In this document: positions 7,601 through 12,138 of the stretch, piece after piece
Numbering within the stretch: position 1 is the stretch's first letter
Layout of the letters: every line of letters begins with the position of its first letter
DNA from: Verrucomicrobiota bacterium
GTDB lineage: Bacteria; Verrucomicrobiota; Verrucomicrobiia; Limisphaerales; SIBE01
Assembly (NCBI GenBank): GCA_040754135.1
Contig: JBFMDG010000150.1
Span: 1-12,138, forward strand
Direction of reading: 5' to 3'
DNA: 12,138 nt
Translations under genes and position numbers: made by a program
The notes under the pieces: model-generated
The model's database searches: none
What the model saw: the letters and a program-made list of their open reading frames with translations, nothing else
What the model was told of the DNA's origin: nothing

Positions 7601-9924
7601 CGCGCTACGGCGAGGGATATGTCAAAGGGGTGCATGACCAGGACGCCGCACACATTCTCCGGGCGCTGGTCGAGCTTCACGGGTGCATTGGACTGCTTCG
7701 ATATCACACGCGCGCCCGTGCGCTCGGAACGGTCTTCTGGCAATTGCTTCCCGAAAGCGATCTCAAGGCGCTCATCGCGGCCAAACTGCGCGGCTTCGGC
7801 ACGATGAAAAAACTTTTCCCCGGCGAGCAAACCCAGCCGAGCTACATCGCTGAACTCGAAGCGATGATTCGCCAATGGATTGGAAGCAGCGGCTTGTTCG
7901 AAGAGAAATGGGCTGGCGAGGCCGCCGAGTATCTCTATTTCCAGTTGAAGTTCGAAGCGGATCAATGCGTCGCCAGCCCTGATGCGGCGGAGCTGGTCGA
8001 ACGTTTCGAACTGCACCTGGCCGCGCGCCGCTTTCACGACGCTTTCCGCGCTGCCCGCAAAGCCGTCGAAACCGATCCCGCCAGTCACTTCCAATTGCTC
8101 CGCGATTGGATGACCGGTTTCATCAATGCTCTGGGGCGCGATCCGGAATTGCCCGCGGAACTGGCGGGTCGCGCTGAATTCATCGATGAAGCGGCGGGGA
8201 TGCTTCTGCGCGGTTCGCATTTGCGGAACCGGGTTGTGCACGCGTCTCTCGAACGCGCGGTTGAAGGTCTGCTGGGAAATCATCCTCGAATTCAGAACGG
8301 GCGTTTGCCGGTGCATTACGTCGAGTTCATGCATCGATTGCGGGCCCATGACAATAATTGCGTTCCGCTCTTTCAACAATGTCAGCTCCTGAAAAAGGAA
8401 CAGGTCGAGGCCGGCCGCCTGCGCCTGCGCCTGGACGATTTCCGGCCGCGCGTGCTCACCTCCTTTGTGCGGAACCGCCTCATCGATTCAGTTTACCTCC
8501 CGCTCATCGGCGACAACCTGGCCAAGCAAATCGGCGCCGCCGGAGAGGCCAAAAGAACCGATCGCATGGGCTTGCTGCTGCTGATTTCCCCTCCAGGTTA
8601 CGGAAAAACAACTCTCCTGGAATACATCGCTCACCGGCTCGGGCTGGTCTTCGTCAAAATCAACAGCCCCGCCCTGGGCCAGCGCGTCGTCTCCCTCGAT
8701 CCCGCCGAAGCGCCCAACGCCGCCGCGCGCGAGGAACTCGACAAACTCAATCTCGCCTTCGAGATGGCCGACAATGTCATGGTCTGCCTGGATGACATTC
8801 AGCACGCGAATCCGGAATTTTTGCAGAAATTCATCAGCCTCTGCGATGGACAGCGCCGAATCGAAGGCGTTTATCGCGGGCATCCGCGCACCTACGATCT
8901 CCGCGGCAAACGTTTCGTGGTCACCATGGCGGGAAATCCCTACACGGAAAGTGGCGAGAAATTCCGCGTTCCGGACATGCTGGCCAACCGCGCCGACACC
9001 TACAATTTGGGCGACGTCCTCGGCGGCCATCAGGAGGCGTTCCAGCTCAGTTACCTCGAAAATGCCGCAGGCTCAAATCCGTGGCTTGCCGAGGTGGTGA
9101 ATCGCGCTCCCAAGGATCTTTACGAAATCATCCGCCTCGCCCAGCACCTTCCCTCGGAAGGCGCATTTGAAGCCAACTGGTCTGCCGAACAACTCGCAGA
9201 ATTTATCGAGGTGATGAAAAAGCTGGCCAGAGTTCGCGACGTGGCGTTGCGCGTAAATGAGGAATACATCCGAAGCGCGGCCCAATCCGATATTTACCGA
9301 ACCGAGCCTCCGTTCAAATTGCAAGGCAGTTACCGGAACATGAATCGGTTGGCCGAAAAAATTTCGCCGATCATGAATGACGACGAAATTCGCACGCTCG
9401 TGCAGGATCATTATCGCAATGAAGCGCAAACTCTCGCGCAAGGGGCCGAGGCCAATTTGCTGAAATTCAAGGAATTGACCGGCACGCTCACTCCCAAAGA
9501 AACCGCGCGCTGGGAAGAAATCAAAAAGGCATTTCGCAAACACCTGCTCTTCCGCGGTGCGGACGCTCAAGATCCCGTTTCCCAGGTCGTGCAACAACTC
9601 TCTGGCTTCGCCGACGGCCTTGAATCGATCAAGGAAGTGATCGCCGCCGGGATCAAAACGGCCAGCGCTCCCATGGCTCCGCCAGTAATTCCTGTGACGA
9701 TGATTATTGCCGAAAACGGCCGGACGTCAGCTCCATCCACGGCGCCGGAACAAGGTCCACCGCTCTCGTGCGTTGCATTGCCGGTCACGGGCGCGTCCGA
9801 ACGCGTCCGCGAAGTTCGCATCACCAACGACACCCTCCAGCGCATCTGGGAACTGATCGAGAACGATCCGATCTCAAATGCCAATGCGGAGGAGACGGGT
9901 AGGGAGGAAGGGTTGAAGAGTTGA
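4642..9924 (+). CDS. Giant (1,760 aa) protein with an uncharacterised ~1,280-aa N-terminal region and a single C-terminal MoxR/dynein-clade AAA+ ATPase module. Resembles the large bacterial/eukaryotic proteins usually auto-annotated 'DNA repair ATPase-like' (DUF3686-type); assignment unverified
   Basis: Uninterrupted 5.28-kb ORF on the operon strand. Start is either GTG 4642, 9 nt after the flotillin stop, or in-frame ATG 4693. The single P-loop is LLLLISPPGYGKTTLLEYIAHRLGL (8587-8613). The Walker-B-like strand is NVMVCLDDIQ (~8776-8796). RFVVTMAGNPYTESGEKFRVPDMLANRADTYNLGD has the same spacing and character as the MoxR/RavA/dynein FxVxATQNPxE...LPxAxLDRF motif. No other GxxxxGK[ST] occurs in the protein. 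No TM segments. Confidence 0.85.
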   Translation: MARARAQAARAYECTRLMSTETRASTNSEAGPPQLDQGTYEILRARLSSHASDLRVRLEQLNRARQDVFGSIPTLLLATERISTANNCIARDIVPIGQGRFLFGYNVHLGLRSETKLEDVFGVYRLEGHHFRELPLDAVGDPQFAADFKNLYRYYKHAVFSRFALIGPALFMEFRVGKNVDDIKTFKWICQQEEFVYVGNRFDHEYGYPAQHEFQWTRAHRELHRHGLHPHISIEDRVFVECIGGDLTIKVEDNTDSGEGIYAEPVDHRDQTLDDAEVFYSIVGSLVLLKIRPYAEKAFRYLVFNEKLKQVQRIDAIADSCVLLPSDQGILFSRGYYLQSGEFKLFETQLTEMMFYKRIAAPNGEDYLFAFYNRERGQYVLLSYNVIARTLETPIICGGFSLFENGEMAVFRATAEPQRHHVIQIWQTPFVGPGWQPEVQSESYLSKLGNPAIVRCMAECQEILTLSAKEDSYAGLYFDLVKKTGDVLDSYFWLDRPEVFGLKAPLVEISKAASAALAEFEKVSSLRRSAALEVARVTAKAADLLRGIANEKFTSLQQYVHRLRELRAMRGELVSTKDLRYADAAALAKSEEAVASSAAKLAEQTVEFLLQPDALNPFRDRAAAVTSAVPRLGKVTEAKALEEEMNAAGQELDLLIETLTNLSLRDATETTRIVEGITAIYSVLNQGRAALKNRIRELRGAEAVAEFASQLRLLDQALANYLDLCVTPEKCSEYLNRMLVQVEELEARFADFDEFVVQLGEKRTALAGAFEARKLDLIESRNRKAGALFTTAERILKSIRYRAERLPSTEEINAYFASDQMVEKVRNLIDQLLELGDSGKADDVQSQLKTIHQNALRQWKDRHELFAAGTDLIQLGRHQFLVNTQELDLTIVPRGEQMCLHLTGTGLFEPIEDPAFAATRPVWHLESVAETPHIYRAEYLAYKCFEQLQKQGRLWNEETAADGSRPESAPALEGEELLALTRDFMAPRYGEGYVKGVHDQDAAHILRALVELHGCIGLLRYHTRARALGTVFWQLLPESDLKALIAAKLRGFGTMKKLFPGEQTQPSYIAELEAMIRQWIGSSGLFEEKWAGEAAEYLYFQLKFEADQCVASPDAAELVERFELHLAARRFHDAFRAARKAVETDPASHFQLLRDWMTGFINALGRDPELPAELAGRAEFIDEAAGMLLRGSHLRNRVVHASLERAVEGLLGNHPRIQNGRLPVHYVEFMHRLRAHDNNCVPLFQQCQLLKKEQVEAGRLRLRLDDFRPRVLTSFVRNRLIDSVYLPLIGDNLAKQIGAAGEAKRTDRMGLLLLISPPGYGKTTLLEYIAHRLGLVFVKINSPALGQRVVSLDPAEAPNAAAREELDKLNLAFEMADNVMVCLDDIQHANPEFLQKFISLCDGQRRIEGVYRGHPRTYDLRGKRFVVTMAGNPYTESGEKFRVPDMLANRADTYNLGDVLGGHQEAFQLSYLENAAGSNPWLAEVVNRAPKDLYEIIRLAQHLPSEGAFEANWSAEQLAEFIEVMKKLARVRDVALRVNEEYIRSAAQSDIYRTEPPFKLQGSYRNMNRLAEKISPIMNDDEIRTLVQDHYRNEAQTLAQGAEANLLKFKELTGTLTPKETARWEEIKKAFRKHLLFRGADAQDPVSQVVQQLSGFADGLESIKEVIAAGIKTASAPMAPPVIPVTMIIAENGRTSAPSTAPEQGPPLSCVALPVTGASERVREVRITNDTLQRIWELIENDPISNANAEETGREEGLKS
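8540..9110 (+). other. AAA+ ATPase module of the giant protein (P-loop 8587-8613, Walker-B-like LDD 8788-8796, NP-Y-E sensor/helix-2-insert-clade motif ~8911-8949, Arg-rich RADTYN ~8990-9010)
   Basis: Motifs read directly from the translation (see parent CDS). Boundaries are approximate. Confidence 0.7.
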
Positions 9925-9935
9925 AGGGTTGAAGG
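9912..9935 (+). repeat. Three tandem 8-nt units (GTTGAAGA, GTTGAAGG, GTTGAAGG) that contain the giant gene's stop codon
   Basis: Read directly from the sequence. The TGA occurs once per unit at 9914-9916, 9922-9924 and 9930-9932. Because the unit is 8 nt, the three TGAs fall in all three reading frames. The middle one is the in-frame stop of the giant ORF. Confidence 0.85.
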
Positions 9936-9942
9936 GGTTTTC

Positions 9943-10152
9943 GTGAGGAGCGCTGAGCGATTTTGCGGCGCCGAAGAGGGCGATGGGAATTCGTCATGTC
10001 TGAGGTCGGAGGGGCACTCGGGTTCCGGGCAGCCAGTACATCACTGTGGAAGGAACTCGAACACCAAAGCGGAAGTGAAAGATAAGATTAGATTGCGCAT
10101 TATGGTTCGGCTAAAGTCCGAGCCCAGATGGTCTGCCCCAGTTTGTTTATGA
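9943..10152 (+). CDS. Doubtful small ORF (69 aa) in the spacer, in the same frame as the giant gene; its TGA overlaps the cotH ATG (ATGA)
   Basis: GTG start, with no similarity to anything I recognise. Its frame is the giant gene's frame, continued past a single TGA (9922-9924) with no further stop until 10150-10152. Most likely a chance open frame in the promoter/leader region of cotH. Confidence 0.12.
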   Translation: MRSAERFCGAEEGDGNSSCLRSEGHSGSGQPVHHCGRNSNTKAEVKDKIRLRIMVRLKSEPRWSAPVCL

Positions 10153-10208
10153 GACGATTTTTATGGCTCTGGCTCGGGTGTGTGACCCTGTGCCGCGCGT
10201 ACTCCGCG
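10149..10208 (+). other. Predicted Sec signal peptide of the CotH protein (MRRFLWLWLGCVTLCRAYSA | SGAG)
   Basis: Positively charged n-region (RR), hydrophobic h-region, and an A-x-A-like c-region. The cleavage position is estimated by eye. Confidence 0.5.
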
Positions 10209-11750
10209 AGCGGAGCGGGCGATGCCATTTTCACGAATGCCACCGTATTCCGGATCGAAATCGAAATTCCCCCTTCCGGCATCAGCACTCTGCGTCGCTC
10301 CGGCTGGGGAGGTGGCGACGAATCGCGCCCGACAGTCAAAGCCACCGTTCGCGAGGGCGGCCGCGCTTTCACCAACGTGGCCGTCCATTTGAAAGGGGCG
10401 GCCGGGAGTTTCCGTCCGATCGATCATAATCCTTGTTTCACGCTCAACTTCGACAAGTTTGTACCCGGCCAGAGTTTTCATGGACTGGAAAAGTTTTCCC
10501 TGAACAATTCCGTGCAAGATCCTTCCTACCTTTCTGAACGCATTTGCCGGGAATTATTTTTGAAGGCAGGTGTGCCGGTGCCGCGAGCGGCGCATGCCAC
10601 TGTTTCGCTGAACGGCCGCAAGCTCGGTCTTTACGTCCTCACCGAGGGTTACAACAAACAATTCCTCAAACGCCATTTCAAAAATGTCAGCGGGAATTTG
10701 TATGACGGCGGCTTCGTCAAGGAAATCACCGAATCGCTTTCCATCAACTCCGGAGATCAGACGGACGATCACAGCGGCATGCGCGCGTTGATAGCCGCCG
10801 CGCGCGAGGCCGATCCGAAAACACGATTGGCGCGGTTCGAGAAAGTGCTTGATATGGAGCGCTTCTACTCGTTCGTGGCCATGGAAGTGATGCAATGCCA
10901 TTGGGACGGCTACGCCATGAACCGGAATAACTACCGGATCTTTCATGACAAAGAATCGAACAAGATGGTGTTCTTTCCGCATGGTCTCGACCAGATGTTT
11001 GGTGTCGAGCGGACAACCCCGGATTGTGAAATCCTGCCGCATTTTGAAGGGTACATCGCCCGATCCATTTTGAGCACGCAGCAAGGCCGCAAGCTTTACA
11101 AGGAACGAATGACGCAACTGCTGACCAACGTGCTCACCGTGCCGGCAATACATCGCCGCATCGATGAACTGGCCGCTCTCATTCGGCCGGTGTTTGGTCC
11201 GGAACCGCATTTCGGCAGCGCGCGGCATTGGGACGGTGAAGTGCGTTATCTGAAACAACGCATCCAGCAGCGGGCGGAAAGCTTGCGGCGACAGTTGAAT
11301 CCACCACCGATGCCCTCCTCGGGCGTGCGCGGGCAAGTCCCGCGTCTGATGCATTGGCAACCGCGCGTTCACGGTGGCGATCCAAGATTCGAAGAACGCA
11401 CCGATAACGGCCAGTCGGTTTTGCTCATTCACTCGCCACAAACAGACGTGCTCGCTTCCTGGCGCACACGCGTGACGCTCACTCCGGGCTTTTACAGTTT
11501 TAAAGGCAAAATTCGGACGAAAAAAGTCGAGCCCGCCGCTGAATCAGACGAGCAGAGTGGGGCGGGCTTGCGGATTTCCGGCGGATCACCTTTGCCTGAG
11601 TTGAGCGGCACAGCCGATTGGCGCGAGTTCACTTACCCATTTCAGGTCGGGGACGCAGGAACGAGTGTGGAATTGATCTGTGAACTGCGCGGCGCCAAAG
11701 GAGAAGCCTTGTTTGATCGCGCCTCCTTGAGAATTGAACCGGCGGAATAA
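10149..11750 (+). CDS. Secreted CotH-family protein (spore-coat-protein-H-like atypical kinase fold)
   Basis: The central region has the characteristic CotH pattern (KAGVPVPRAAHATVSLNGRKLGLYVLTEGYNKQFLKRHF...GNLYDGG...MERFYSFVAMEVMQCHWDGYAMNRNNYRIFHDKESNKMVFFPHGLDQMFG). ATG 10149 gives a classical signal peptide (MRRFLWLWLGCVTLCRAYSA). ATG 10128 is an in-frame alternative that adds 7 aa. The stop is TAA 11748-11750. Confidence 0.85.
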   Translation: MRRFLWLWLGCVTLCRAYSASGAGDAIFTNATVFRIEIEIPPSGISTLRRSGWGGGDESRPTVKATVREGGRAFTNVAVHLKGAAGSFRPIDHNPCFTLNFDKFVPGQSFHGLEKFSLNNSVQDPSYLSERICRELFLKAGVPVPRAAHATVSLNGRKLGLYVLTEGYNKQFLKRHFKNVSGNLYDGGFVKEITESLSINSGDQTDDHSGMRALIAAAREADPKTRLARFEKVLDMERFYSFVAMEVMQCHWDGYAMNRNNYRIFHDKESNKMVFFPHGLDQMFGVERTTPDCEILPHFEGYIARSILSTQQGRKLYKERMTQLLTNVLTVPAIHRRIDELAALIRPVFGPEPHFGSARHWDGEVRYLKQRIQQRAESLRRQLNPPPMPSSGVRGQVPRLMHWQPRVHGGDPRFEERTDNGQSVLLIHSPQTDVLASWRTRVTLTPGFYSFKGKIRTKKVEPAAESDEQSGAGLRISGGSPLPELSGTADWREFTYPFQVGDAGTSVELICELRGAKGEALFDRASLRIEPAE

Positions 11751-11899
11751 CGACCTGTGTGGGATGGCGCGATGGCTGGACAACGATGGCAATCGGCCGC
11801 GAAAGCGTCGAGCAAGCGCCGCCGGCGCGAATGAGATTTTTTGAAACAAACAGAAATGGATCGTGTCCTAATGTGAATTGCAACTGACGTCCTAAGCCT

Positions 11900-12138
11900 A
11901 TGCCAGACCCTCAAGCAAATCCCACCGGCCAGCCCCCCTCAACGATCGATGTCCAGGCCATCGCGCGGCTCACCGAAAAACGAAGCCTCCTGATCGAACA
12001 ACTCAGCCGCATCATCATCGGGCAAAAGGAGGTCATCGATAATGTGCTTCTGACGATTTTTTGCGGAGGCCATGCCCTCATTGTCGGCGTGCCTGGACTG
12101 GCCAAAACCCTTTTGGTTCGGTCGTTGGGTCGCACGCT
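11900..12138 (+). CDS. MoxR-family AAA+ ATPase, 5' end only (runs off the window)
   Basis: The translation MPDPQANPTGQPPSTIDVQAIARLTEKRSLLIEQLSRIIIGQKEVIDNVLLTIFCGGHALIVGVPGLAKTLLVRSLGRT carries the MoxR N-terminal signature (IIGQxEVI...LL..L..GHALIEGVPGLAKTLL). Not in the ORF track because there is no stop inside the window. Confidence 0.85.
   Translation, partial: MPDPQANPTGQPPSTIDVQAIARLTEKRSLLIEQLSRIIIGQKEVIDNVLLTIFCGGHALIVGVPGLAKTLLVRSLGRT

Noticed and set aside
5149-8379. A 1,076-codon ORF on the minus strand inside the giant gene
   Set aside because: Its codons are exactly aligned with the + strand codons (both phases are coordinate mod 3 = 1). Antisense stops correspond to sense TTA/CTA/TCA codons, which this genome's codon usage avoids. 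The product is an R/G/F/L-rich low-complexity string with no motifs. It is a shadow ORF reporting codon bias of the real + strand gene, whose AAA+ motifs are unambiguous.
4642-9924. The giant protein as a midasin/dynein-like multi-AAA or a BREX/defence-island ATPase
   Set aside because: There is only one P-loop in 1,760 residues, so it is not a tandem-AAA motor. No methyltransferase, nuclease, phosphatase or other defence-island partner genes are visible in the window. The neighbours are housekeeping-type membrane scaffold genes.
9922-9924. Selenocysteine or programmed read-through at the giant gene's TGA
   Set aside because: No SECIS-like hairpin immediately downstream. The downstream open frame is within chance expectation for a 228-nt spacer. 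Kept only as a low-interest note.
10554-11441. 295-aa minus-strand ORF inside cotH
   Set aside because: Codon-aligned antisense shadow (phase 0 both strands). The + strand has the CotH signature.
11816-11842. Possible intrinsic terminator after cotH (GCGCC-gcc-GGCGC then TTTTTT)
   Set aside because: The stem is only 5 bp with a 3-nt loop, and the T-run starts 8 nt after the stem rather than abutting it. Too weak to call.
1-12138. tRNA, rRNA, CRISPR repeats, IS/transposase or integrase signatures
   Set aside because: None seen. There are no T-loop-like GGTTCGAATCC motifs in spacers, no spaced direct repeats, no terminal inverted repeats, and no ORF resembling a transposase or recombinase.

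Overview
The window is GC-moderate (about 57-60%) bacterial chromosomal DNA with every credible gene on the + strand. Phylum cannot be placed from sequence alone.

Gene order, + strand:
- 1..72: possible 3' end of an upstream gene.
- 119..1219: Y-family DNA polymerase IV (DinB).
- 1289..1723: small coiled-coil ORF with a TTG start, uncertain.
- 1802..2554: NfeD/YqiJ-type membrane protein.
- 2557..4632: YqiK/FloT-type flotillin (SPFH domain plus a long EA-rich coiled coil); its ATG lies 2 nt after the NfeD stop, so the two are translationally coupled.
- 4642..9924: a 1,760-aa protein whose GTG start sits 9 nt after the flotillin stop. Its only recognisable domain is one C-terminal MoxR/dynein-clade AAA+ module, with the P-loop at about 8587-8613.
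- 9925..10148: a ~225-bp AT-richer spacer.
- 10149..11750: a secreted CotH-family protein.
- 11900..window end: the 5' end of a canonical MoxR AAA+ ATPase.

The most interesting feature is the tight NfeD-flotillin-giant AAA+ arrangement. SPFH proteins are known to partner with AAA+ machines (HflK/C with FtsH, prohibitin with m-AAA), but a flotillin/NfeD pair joined to a giant single-AAA+ protein is not a described system as far as I know.

No tRNA, rRNA, CRISPR array or mobile element was seen. All long minus-strand ORFs are codon-aligned antisense shadows of the + strand genes.
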